DNA of 24,000 bases from Pseudoduganella sp. OTU4001 (GTDB lineage Bacteria > Pseudomonadota > Gammaproteobacteria > Burkholderiales > Burkholderiaceae_D). This document shows, piece by piece, positions 1 through 15,191 of the stretch (positions are counted from its first letter, which is position 1; every line of letters begins with the position of its first letter). Below the pieces are notes generated by a model. The model saw only the letters and a program-made list of their open reading frames with translations, was not told the DNA's origin and searched no databases. The DNA is taken from contig NZ_JASATG010000002.1 in NCBI RefSeq assembly GCF_038440195.1, positions 218,198 through 242,197 on the forward strand. Direction: 5' to 3'. The position numbers and the translations under genes are program-made.

Positions 1-8356
<8,356 letters not shown>

Positions 8357-9136
8357 TTATGCCGAGCCGGCCAGGCCGCCGCCGTCCACCACCAGTGCAT
8401 CGCCGGTGACGAAAGAAGATCGATCGGAAGCAAGGAACAGCACCGCCTGCGCGATTTCCGGCGGCTGTCCCACCCGCATCAGCGGACGGCCAGCGCCAGC
8501 GGCCACCAGCGCGTTCTGTTCCAGGCCAAGCTGCTGCGCCTCGTTGCGCAGCATGGGCGTATCGGTATCGCCCGGGCAGACGCAGTTGACGCGGATGTTC
8601 TGCGGGCCGTGGTCAACCGCCATGGCCTTGGTCATGATCACCACCGCGCCCTTCGAGGCGCAGTAGGACACCGCATCCTTGCCGCCCACCAGCCCCCAGC
8701 CGGAAGCCGTATTGATGATGCTGCCGCCGCCCTGCTGCTGCATGACCGGCACCGCGTATTTGCACATCAGGAAAATCGATTTGACGTTGACCGCCATCAC
8801 CTGGTCCCACTCCTGCTCCGTGGTGTGGATGACGTTGGCCCTGCGCGTAATGCCGGCGTTATTGAACAACACGTCCAGCCGGCCATAGCGCGATACCGCC
8901 GCCGCCACTGCCGCCTCGCAATCCGCCGCCACCGCAACATCGGTGCGGATGAAGGAAGCGCGCCCGCCCGCAGCAGCCAGTGCCGCCACCGCCAGCTCGC
9001 CCGCCGCCGCGTCGCGGTCGGCGATCAGCACCGTGGCGCCTTCGCGTGCAAACAATTCCGCCGTGGCGCGGCCGATGCCGGATGCGCCGCCAGTCACCAA
9101 TGCCACTTTCCCTGCGAGTTCGCCGCTCTGCTGCAT
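8357..9136 (-). CDS. Short-chain dehydrogenase/reductase (SDR) family oxidoreductase, 259 aa
   Basis: Rossmann motif GKVALVTGGASGIGRA, NNAG, and catalytic YCASKGAV (YxxxK). GGAG Shine-Dalgarno 6 nt upstream of the ATG. The stop lies 3 nt before the ebgA ATG, making it the first gene of the operon. Confidence 0.9.
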   Translation of the reverse strand: MQQSGELAGKVALVTGGASGIGRATAELFAREGATVLIADRDAAAGELAVAALAAAGGRASFIRTDVAVAADCEAAVAAAVSRYGRLDVLFNNAGITRRANVIHTTEQEWDQVMAVNVKSIFLMCKYAVPVMQQQGGGSIINTASGWGLVGGKDAVSYCASKGAVVIMTKAMAVDHGPQNIRVNCVCPGDTDTPMLRNEAQQLGLEQNALVAAGAGRPLMRVGQPPEIAQAVLFLASDRSSFVTGDALVVDGGGLAGSA

Positions 9137-9161
9137 TTACGTCTCCGTGATTTGATTGTTG

Positions 9162-9207
9162 GCCCATGTTGCCCTTTTTTTCATGCATTAACAAATGAAA
9201 CATGGGC
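9162..9207. promoter_or_regulatory. Nested dyad in the SDR-ebgA operon control region (operator candidate)
   Basis: Perfect 9-bp inverted repeat GCCCATGTT (9162-9170) / AACATGGGC (9199-9207). An inner pair TTTCAT (9178-9183) / ATGAAA (9195-9200) lies within it. Two ATGCAT palindromes (9183-9188 and 9213-9218) sit 30 bp apart. Confidence 0.35.
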
Positions 9208-9317
9208 TGGGTATGCATCAATCCAGCTAATGCGTAAGCTTCGGCAGCGCACAATTAACGCATCAAGGCTTCACATTCGGCCGATACATTGGATTCTCCA
9301 AACCACAGGAGAACAGC

Positions 9318-9605
9318 ATGGCAATCCAAAAGCAGCTGGCTTACGTCGGGCTGGCCACCGGCGCGATACTTTTGATCCCATTCACCGCGATGCAGTTCAC
9401 CGACGAGGTGCGCTGGGACTGGCTCGATTTCCTGGTCATGGGCACCTTGCTGACCGGCGTGGGGGCGGCCTATGTGCTGCTGGCCAGCCGCATGCACGAC
9501 CGCACGCAGAAAATGGTGCTGGGAGCAGCCTTGGGCCTCTGCCTTCTGGCGACTTGGATGGAACTGGCCGTGGGAGTGTTCGGGACGCCCTTCGCGGGCA
9601 GTTGA
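9318..9605 (+). CDS. Small integral membrane protein, unknown family (95 aa, about 3 TM segments)
   Basis: ATG preceded by AGGAG (9308-9312). Three hydrophobic stretches (LAYVGLATGAILLIPF, FLVMGTLLTGVGAAYVLLA, MVLGAALGLCLLATWMELAVGVF). GC3-rich codon usage like neighbouring genes. I recognise no family. Confidence 0.6.
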   Translation: MAIQKQLAYVGLATGAILLIPFTAMQFTDEVRWDWLDFLVMGTLLTGVGAAYVLLASRMHDRTQKMVLGAALGLCLLATWMELAVGVFGTPFAGS

Positions 9606-9620
9606 AGTTTCGATAGTTGA

Positions 9621-9650
9621 TTGCAACAGGGCGTGCATTTTCGGTAAGAT
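9621..9650 (+). promoter_or_regulatory. Sigma70-like promoter (TTGCAA-N18-TAAGAT) upstream of membrane protein gene 9680
   Basis: TTGCAA at 9621-9626 and TAAGAT at 9645-9650, in the 74-nt gap between the two membrane-protein genes. Confidence 0.4.
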
Positions 9651-9679
9651 TTGGGGATCGTCCATGACAAAGCAACTTT

Positions 9680-10219
9680 ATGACCAGCATCCGCCAGAAT
9701 TTATCCATGATCGTCGCCACGATGGTCATGTTCGGCGCCGCCCTGCTGATCAACGAACTGCTGTTCAAGCAGCTGGAATTCGCAGAAGGCATCAACTGGA
9801 TCTACCTGCCGGCCGGGGTGCGCCTGCTGGCGACCCTGCTCTTTGCCGAAGCGGGCGCCATCGGGCTGTTGCTCGTCTCCTGGCTGTATTGCGCAATCCT
9901 GCTGTTCCCGAATGAGCCGGTGCGCGCCTTTGCCGGCGGCATCCTGTCCAGCCTCGCGCCCTACCTGGTCTATCTGGGCGCCAAGCGCTGGCTCGACCTG
10001 CAAGGTTCCCTGGCCAACCTGACGCCATTCCAGATGCTGGCCTGCGCCGTCGCTTACTCGCTCGCCAGCCCGCTGCTGCACCATATCTGGTTCGCCTTGT
10101 ATGAGGGGCGCGAGCAGCTCCTGGGCAGCTTTGCCGTGATGGCGATGGGCGACTTTTTCGGCACCGTGCTGCTGCTGTTCTTTACCAAGTGGGTGATGCG
10201 CCTGTCGATGCGGCGCTAA
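9680..10219 (+). CDS. Integral membrane protein, unknown function (179 aa, about 5 TM segments)
   Basis: Hydrophobic helices throughout (IVATMVMFGAALLINELLF, GVRLLATLLFAEAGAIGLLLVSWLYCAILLF, FFGTVLLLFFTKWVM). Preceded by a TTGCAA-N18-TAAGAT promoter-like element. The start could also be the internal ATG at 9707. Function is not assignable from sequence alone. Confidence 0.62.
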   Translation: MTSIRQNLSMIVATMVMFGAALLINELLFKQLEFAEGINWIYLPAGVRLLATLLFAEAGAIGLLLVSWLYCAILLFPNEPVRAFAGGILSSLAPYLVYLGAKRWLDLQGSLANLTPFQMLACAVAYSLASPLLHHIWFALYEGREQLLGSFAVMAMGDFFGTVLLLFFTKWVMRLSMRR

Positions 10220-11108
10220 CGCTATCGGACGACAGCAGGAAGTCGCGCAACAGTAGCGCGCTGGGGCCGATGCGCTGCGCATGCACCAGGTAGATCTCCA
10301 GCGGCGCCGTCTTCACGGACGGCAGCACATGCACCAGCTCACCGGTTGCCAGCAGCGCGGCGGCGTCATACGCCGGCAAGCGCGCCAGCCCCTCCCCCGC
10401 CAGCACAAAGGCCAGGCGCGCGGCAGCGTTGTCAGTCACCACGTCCCCATGCAGCGGCACGGCCACCTCGACGCCATCGGCGCGCACGGTGACGCTGCGG
10501 GCCGACGGCGGATAGACCACCCAGCGATGCTCTTGCAGCTCTTCCACCGTGCTGGGCGCGCGATGGCGCCGCAAATACGATGGCGCTGCACACAGGAAGG
10601 TAGGCTCGCGTAGCAGGCGGCGCGCCACCAGGGCGGAATCGGCCAGCGGCCCGGCGCGCACCGCCAGTTCAAAACCTTGCTGCACCAGATCGACATTGGC
10701 ATCGTTCATGGCAACGTGCAGCCGGATGGCCGGATAGCGGCGGCGGAATTCAAGCAAGGCCGGCATGATGCGCTTGTTGCCGAAATGGTGGGAACAGGTA
10801 ATCCGCACTTCGCCGCGCGGCTCGGCGCGCAGCAATTCCATGCCGCGGATGCCGTCACTGGCCTCATCGAGCAGACGTTCGCAATGCACGCGGAATGCCT
10901 CGCCAGCCGGCGTCAGGCTGAAGCTGCGCGTGCTGCGCTGCGCCAGCGGCACTCCCAGCTTGGCTTCCAGGGCGCGCACATGATGGCTGACGACAGCCCG
11001 GGTCAAGCCCAACGCACGGGCGCCTGCGGCAAAGCTGCCGCACCGCACCACCGTCGCAAAGACGGCCATGGCGCGCAATTCATCCAGTATCTGTGCCGGA
11101 TCACCCAT
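10182..11108 (-). CDS. LysR-family transcriptional regulator (308 aa)
   Basis: N-terminal wHTH LRAMAVFATVVRCGSFAAGARALGLTRAVVSHHVRALEAKLGVPLAQRSTRSFSLTPAGE followed by a LysR substrate-binding domain. Divergent from the DJ-1/ABM pair, with a T-N11-A dyad next to its start. Confidence 0.9.
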   Translation of the reverse strand: MGDPAQILDELRAMAVFATVVRCGSFAAGARALGLTRAVVSHHVRALEAKLGVPLAQRSTRSFSLTPAGEAFRVHCERLLDEASDGIRGMELLRAEPRGEVRITCSHHFGNKRIMPALLEFRRRYPAIRLHVAMNDANVDLVQQGFELAVRAGPLADSALVARRLLREPTFLCAAPSYLRRHRAPSTVEELQEHRWVVYPPSARSVTVRADGVEVAVPLHGDVVTDNAAARLAFVLAGEGLARLPAYDAAALLATGELVHVLPSVKTAPLEIYLVHAQRIGPSALLLRDFLLSSDSVSAASTGASPTW

Positions 11109-11110
11109 GG

Positions 11111-11125
11111 ATTGATTGTATCAAT
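11111..11125. promoter_or_regulatory. LysR-type T-N11-A dyad (ATTGAT-TGT-ATCAAT) in the LysR / DJ-1 divergent region
   Basis: Perfect 6-bp arms ATTGAT/ATCAAT separated by 3 nt, containing T-N11-A, located 3 nt upstream of the LysR ATG (11108). This position is typical of a LysR autoregulatory recognition site. Confidence 0.5.
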
Positions 11126-11231
11126 TTCTTTTACATAGAGTCATTCCAGCGCGCTCTACCGGCTGGGCGCGCCGCCATCTACATTGGAGTCATCCCGGCG
11201 ACGCCTGGAACCACCAACCAAGGAGAGCATC

Positions 11232-11915
11232 ATGACTAAAGTAAAACATGTACTGTTTATTGTGACAAACGCTGCCACCATTGGCCCGAACCAGCGCGCT
11301 ACCGGCTACTTCTTCCCCGAAATCGCCCACCCCTACGAGGTGCTCGATAAGGCCGGCATCGCCGTCGAATTTGCCAGCCTGCAGGGCGGCGAGCCACCAT
11401 TCGACGGCTACGACGAGCGCGATGCTGTGCAAGTCGCCTTCCGCAACAGCGCAGCCTTCCGCCGCCTGGCGCATAGCCGCAAACTGTCCGACGTCGATGT
11501 ACTGGACTACGACGCCATCTTTATCCCCGGCGGCCTGGGCCCGATGGTCGACATCACCGGCAATGCCCACATCCAGAACGCGGTGGCCCGCGCCTGGGAC
11601 GGCGGCAAGATCGTCTCCGCCGTATGCCACGGCCCGGCAGCTTTATTGGGCGTCGTCCTGGCCGACGGTTCACCGCTGGTGCGCGGCCGCAACCTGACCT
11701 CCTTCTCCAACGCGGAGGAAGACGGCTACGCCAAAGACGACGTGCCGTTCAAGCTGGAGGACGCATTGCGCGCCGAAGGTGCGAAATACTCCGCCAATGA
11801 CGTGTGGCAGGAAAATGTGGTGGTCGATGGCCGGCTGATGACGGGCCAGAATCCGGCTTCCGGCGGTCCGCTGGCCGAAGAAATCGCCAAGGCACTGAAA
11901 GGGGAAGCAGCATGA
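11232..11915 (+). CDS. DJ-1/PfpI (class I glutamine amidotransferase-like) family protein, Hsp31/glyoxalase-III-like (227 aa)
   Basis: Chosen ATG has AAGGAGAG 4 nt upstream; the track ORF begins at an upstream TTG (11184). Nucleophile elbow IVSAVCHGPAALLG. Family blocks HVLFIVTN, YDAIFIPGGLGPM and VVVDGRLMTGQNPAS. Confidence 0.87.
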   Translation: MTKVKHVLFIVTNAATIGPNQRATGYFFPEIAHPYEVLDKAGIAVEFASLQGGEPPFDGYDERDAVQVAFRNSAAFRRLAHSRKLSDVDVLDYDAIFIPGGLGPMVDITGNAHIQNAVARAWDGGKIVSAVCHGPAALLGVVLADGSPLVRGRNLTSFSNAEEDGYAKDDVPFKLEDALRAEGAKYSANDVWQENVVVDGRLMTGQNPASGGPLAEEIAKALKGEAA

Positions 11916-12208
11916 GCGCCGCCGCTGAAATCACGGTCCTCGCGCAATGGCAACCCAAGCCGGAGGCGCTGGACGAGGTGCTGTCCATCGTCGCCGAAAT
12001 GCGCAGCCGCTCGCTGGAGGAACCAGGCTGCCTGCAGTACGAAGCCTATCAGCAGCTTGGCGCACCTGGCCGGCTGCTGCTGGTGGAGCGCTACCGCGAC
12101 GCCGCTGCGCTGGAAGCGCACAAGCAGTCGGAGCATTACCAGCAACTGGTCGCAGGCCGCGCCATCGGTTTGCTGGCGCAGCGCGAAGTTGATTTGCTGC
12201 GGTCTTAA
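11912..12208 (+). CDS. Antibiotic-biosynthesis-monooxygenase (ABM) domain protein / putative quinol monooxygenase (98 aa)
   Basis: ATG overlaps the DJ-1 stop (ATGA), consistent with translational coupling. About 100 aa, ferredoxin-like ABM pattern ITVLAQWQPKPEALDEVL...CLQYEAYQQ...LLLVERYRDAAALEAHKQSEHY. Confidence 0.82.
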   Translation: MSAAAEITVLAQWQPKPEALDEVLSIVAEMRSRSLEEPGCLQYEAYQQLGAPGRLLLVERYRDAAALEAHKQSEHYQQLVAGRAIGLLAQREVDLLRS

Positions 12209-14508
12209 AACAAGGCTTGCTGCGCGGTTGTCAGCGCCGCGAAGCTGTCGTGCAGCGGCAGCAGGATGGCGTCGGCAATCGGCAGCAGCTGCTTATCCAG
12301 GTAGTGCTGGTAGTCGATCGGTGAACGCTGCACTTCCAGCGGCTCGGGCCCGCTGGTGGTGATCACATAGCTGATACGGCCGCCATTCTGGTAGCGCAGC
12401 GGCCGGCCCTGCGCCTTGTTGAATTCATCGGCCAGGCGGGCGGCCCGCACCTGCGGCGGCACGTTGACCTGGTATTCGTCCAGCCGGTGGCGCAGGCGCT
12501 TGCGGTACACCAGCAGATCGTCATGTTCGCCCGCCAGTGTCTTGCGGGCGTATTCGCGCACATACTCCTGGTAAGGCTCGTTGTTGAAGATGCGCGCGAA
12601 CAGCTCCTGCTGGAAGCGCTGCGCCAGCGGCGTCCAGTCGCTGCGCGCCGTCTCCAGGCCGCGATAGATCATTTCGCCGTCGCCGGTCAGGCCGGCATAG
12701 CGCTTCTTGCTGCCCATATCGGTGCCGCGGATGGTCGGCATGAAGAACTTGCGGTAATAGGTGTCGAACTCGATCTCCAGGTAGCAATCGAGCTTGTACT
12801 TCTTGCGCAGGCGGTCCTTCCACCACTTGTTGATCTTGACCACCAGGCCGTGGGCGATGGCCAGCGCTTCTTCGGTCTCATGGGGGCGCTTGAGCCAGAT
12901 GAAGATGGAGTCGGTGTCGCCGTAGATCGCTTCATAGCCCTCCTTTTCCACCAGCTCGCGGGTGAGCTTGAGCAGCTCGTGGCCGCGCAGGGTGACGGAG
13001 GAAATCAGGCGCGGATGGTAGAAGCGGCAGTCGGTGGAGCCCAGCACGCCGACGAAAGAATTCATCAGCAGCTTGAGCGCGGTCGACAGCGCATCGTTCT
13101 TGCTGCGCTTGGCGGCGTCGCGGCCCTGCCATAGCTGGGTGGTGATGGCGGGCAGGCAGTGGCGGGTGCGAGAGAACTGGGCGCCGCGCATGCCGGGAAC
13201 GGCATCTTCTTCGGTCTCGCCCTCCACCATGCCGACCGGGTCGACCAGGAAGGAGCGGATGATCGAGGGATACAGGCTCTTGAAGTCCAGCACCACCACC
13301 GAGTCGTATAAGCCGGGGCGCGAATCCATCACGAAGCCGCCGGGCGAGGCCACGGCGGGGATCTCGCCCACATTGGGCGCCACATAACCCTCGCGGTGCA
13401 TGCGCGGCAGGTACTGGTGGTTGAAGGCGGCAATCGAACCGCCCATGTGGTCCGGCACCAGGCCCGTCACGTGCGAGCGCTCCAGGATAAAGTCCATCAC
13501 GCGCGTCTTTTCGAAGATGCGCGTCACCAGTTCGCAGTCCTTCAGGTTGTAGGTGGCCAGGGCCGGCTTATCCTCGCGGAAGCGGCGCTCGATCTCGGCC
13601 ATCTTGTCGTAGTCGGTCCCGATATCCTTGCCTTCCCCCAGCAGCGCCTGCGACACGCTTTCCAGGCTGAAGGAGGGGAAATTCCACGACGCGGCGCGCA
13701 GGGCTTCGATGCCGTCGATGGCGATGCGGCCGGGAATGGTGGCGAACACATAGCCGTCGCGCGCCTGGTGCGTGCGCCATTCGACCGGACGGCCCTCTCG
13801 TCCCAGCAGCAGCGGCACCTTGTACTTTTCGGCGTTCTTCTGCAGCGTGTGCAGGTCGAACTGCACCACGCTCCAGCCGATGATCGCGTCCGGATCGTGC
13901 TGGCGGATCCACTCGTTGAGCTTTTCGATCACACGGCGCGGCGTTGGGCAGTATTCCAGGTCGAAATCGACCTCCGGCGCCTGCGCCGGCTGCTCGCCCA
14001 GCATATACACCTGGCGCTGGCCGCATCCTTCCAGGGCAATCGAATACAGGTCGCCAAACGCGCTGGTTTCGATATCGAGCGACACCATGCGCAGGCTCGG
14101 GCGGTACTCCGGCGCGGCGCGCAGCTTACCGCCCTCCTCTTCCACGCCGGCCGTGATGAAGCGCTCCATCAGGTAGCGCTCGGGCGGTTTGATATCGGCT
14201 TCATACAGGCGTATGCCGCGCTCGCCCAGCTTGCGCTCCAGCGCCAGCAGCTGCTTGTAATGGCTGGCGTAGATGCCCACCACCGGTTCGCGCTGGAAGG
14301 TCTTGAGCGCCACCTCGCGCACGTCGATGCCCGGCATGTCCGCCACCAGGGTGGCGATGGTGTCGCGCAGCGAAGCTTCGGCGAAAGCCACCGAAGCCTG
14401 CTGCGTCAGCAGGACTTTGCGCGGACCGTCATCGGTGGCGAGCCAGAACTCGATTTCGGTGCCATCGCGGGCGTCGCGCCAGGCGCGGGTGAGGATAAAA
14501 CCAGGCAT
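12205..14508 (-). CDS. polB: DNA polymerase II (family B), 767 aa
   Basis: N-terminus MPGFILTRAWRDARDGTEIEFWLATDDGP parallels E. coli Pol II (..GFILTRHWRDTPQGTEVSFWLATDNGP). Exo I SLDIETS. Pol motif A DFKSLYPSII, motif B KLLMNSFVGVLG, motif C YGDTDSIF. The ATG at 14508 is preferred over the track's TTG at 14550, which would read through the SOS box. Confidence 0.93.
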   Translation of the reverse strand: MPGFILTRAWRDARDGTEIEFWLATDDGPRKVLLTQQASVAFAEASLRDTIATLVADMPGIDVREVALKTFQREPVVGIYASHYKQLLALERKLGERGIRLYEADIKPPERYLMERFITAGVEEEGGKLRAAPEYRPSLRMVSLDIETSAFGDLYSIALEGCGQRQVYMLGEQPAQAPEVDFDLEYCPTPRRVIEKLNEWIRQHDPDAIIGWSVVQFDLHTLQKNAEKYKVPLLLGREGRPVEWRTHQARDGYVFATIPGRIAIDGIEALRAASWNFPSFSLESVSQALLGEGKDIGTDYDKMAEIERRFREDKPALATYNLKDCELVTRIFEKTRVMDFILERSHVTGLVPDHMGGSIAAFNHQYLPRMHREGYVAPNVGEIPAVASPGGFVMDSRPGLYDSVVVLDFKSLYPSIIRSFLVDPVGMVEGETEEDAVPGMRGAQFSRTRHCLPAITTQLWQGRDAAKRSKNDALSTALKLLMNSFVGVLGSTDCRFYHPRLISSVTLRGHELLKLTRELVEKEGYEAIYGDTDSIFIWLKRPHETEEALAIAHGLVVKINKWWKDRLRKKYKLDCYLEIEFDTYYRKFFMPTIRGTDMGSKKRYAGLTGDGEMIYRGLETARSDWTPLAQRFQQELFARIFNNEPYQEYVREYARKTLAGEHDDLLVYRKRLRHRLDEYQVNVPPQVRAARLADEFNKAQGRPLRYQNGGRISYVITTSGPEPLEVQRSPIDYQHYLDKQLLPIADAILLPLHDSFAALTTAQQALF

Positions 14509-14520
14509 GGCCGAATTATA

Positions 14521-14536
14521 CTGTACGAAAACACAG
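14521..14536 (-). promoter_or_regulatory. LexA (SOS) box CTGT-N8-ACAG upstream of polB
   Basis: Plus strand CTGTACGAAAACACAG. On the polB strand it reads TGCTGTGTTTTCGTACAGTA, close to the E. coli-type consensus TACTGT-(AT)4-ACAGTA. It lies 13 nt upstream of the polB ATG and abuts a TATAAT hexamer (14520..14515). E. coli polB (dinA) is a known LexA regulon member. Confidence 0.8.
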
Positions 14537-14541
14537 CAATC

Positions 14542-14570
14542 TTGCAACAACGGAACTGGCTTGATAAAAT
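14542..14570 (+). promoter_or_regulatory. Sigma70-like promoter for the small OMP gene (TTGCAA-N17-TAAAAT with an extended -10 TG)
   Basis: -35 TTGCAA at 14542-14547, TG at 14562-14563, -10 TAAAAT at 14565-14570, about 52 nt upstream of the ATG at 14623. The -35 sits inside a 13-mer that recurs upstream of the second OMP gene. Confidence 0.5.
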
Positions 14571-14622
14571 GCTATGTTTCCTTGCGACAACGCGGGGAAT
14601 GAAACCAAGAATAGGAACAAGC

Positions 14623-15141
14623 ATGATCAAGCATTTCGCAGCCGCAGCCCTGCTGGCCGCCACCTCCGTTGCAGCATCCGCCACCGAAACCCCAGGCTTC
14701 TACATGGGCGTCGACGCCGGCCAGACCAAGGTAGATTACATGGGCAACGACACCGCTTTCGGCGTCTTTGCTGGCTACCAGTTCAACCGCAACGTGTCCG
14801 TCGAAGCAAACTACCGCGACATGGGCAAGTACGCGTTCTACACCTCGTACTACGACTTCTCGACCCGCCGCAGCTACTACGGCTCCGTCAACGTAGGCAT
14901 GAAGCAGACCGGCGTCTCCGTGCTGGTGGCCCTCCCGGTCGGTTCCCTGTCCCTGTACACCCGCCTCGGCTACAACAACCTGAGCGCAGACGCCGGCGGC
15001 GTATCCAAGAGCAAGAGCGGCACCCTGGCCGGTCTGGGCCTGGGCTACGACTTCACCGATAAAGTGTCCGCACGCCTGGAATACCAGCGTCCTGCGAGCG
15101 ACGTACAGAACCTGAGCGCAGGCATCTCCTACAAGTTCTGA
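14623..15141 (+). CDS. Small outer-membrane beta-barrel protein (OmpX/OmpW-size, OMP_b-brl type), 172 aa
   Basis: Signal peptide MIKHFAAAALLAATSVAASA|TE. Alternating aromatic/aliphatic strands (GFYMGVDAG, FGVFAGYQFN, VSVEANYRDMG, LSLYTRLGYN, LAGLGLGYDF, ARLEYQR). C-terminal ...LSAGISYKF. Only the last 173 codons of track ORF 13396..15141 are used. Confidence 0.8.
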   Translation: MIKHFAAAALLAATSVAASATETPGFYMGVDAGQTKVDYMGNDTAFGVFAGYQFNRNVSVEANYRDMGKYAFYTSYYDFSTRRSYYGSVNVGMKQTGVSVLVALPVGSLSLYTRLGYNNLSADAGGVSKSKSGTLAGLGLGYDFTDKVSARLEYQRPASDVQNLSAGISYKF

Positions 15142-15158
15142 TCGCGCAGCACCCAATG

Positions 15159-15191
15159 AAAAACGCCGGGCTTCAACCAGGCGTTTTTTTA
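15159..15191. terminator. Bidirectional intrinsic terminator between the convergent OMP and S41 peptidase genes
   Basis: Stem AACGCC (15162-15167) pairs with GGCGTT (15180-15185), plus two further G:C pairs. It is flanked by an A-run on the 5' side and T7 (15184-15190) on the 3' side, so it reads as hairpin plus U-tract on both strands. It overlaps the S41 stop codon. Confidence 0.7.

Noticed and set aside
9664-9915. Alternative ATG at 9664 in the frame of track ORF 9472-9915 (MTKQLYDQHPPEF...)
   Set aside because: The translation is Arg/His/Pro-rich and non-membrane. It overlaps the better-supported hydrophobic frame starting at 9680 and shows no coding-like periodicity that I can see.
11184-11231. 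TTG-initiated 16-codon extension of the DJ-1/PfpI gene
   Set aside because: The ATG at 11232 has a strong AAGGAGAG Shine-Dalgarno, and family homology starts there. The extension overlaps the repeat elements of the promoter region.
12205-14508. Family-B DNA polymerase as a possible marker of a mobile element (casposon or Polinton-like) or a defence module
   Set aside because: The protein is colinear with chromosomal Pol II (PolB/DinA) and carries an SOS box. There is no Cas1, integrase, terminal inverted repeat or other mobile or defence gene nearby.
14509-14550. TTG-initiated 14-codon extension of polB (track start 14550)
   Set aside because: It would translate through the LexA box and the TATAAT hexamer. 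Colinearity with the E. coli Pol II N-terminus starts at the ATG at 14508.
13396-14622. Upstream 409 codons of the 581-aa plus-strand ORF that ends in the small OMP gene
   Set aside because: This part is antisense to polB and runs through the polB promoter and SOS box. Signal peptide, Shine-Dalgarno-like context and OMP features begin only at the ATG at 14623.
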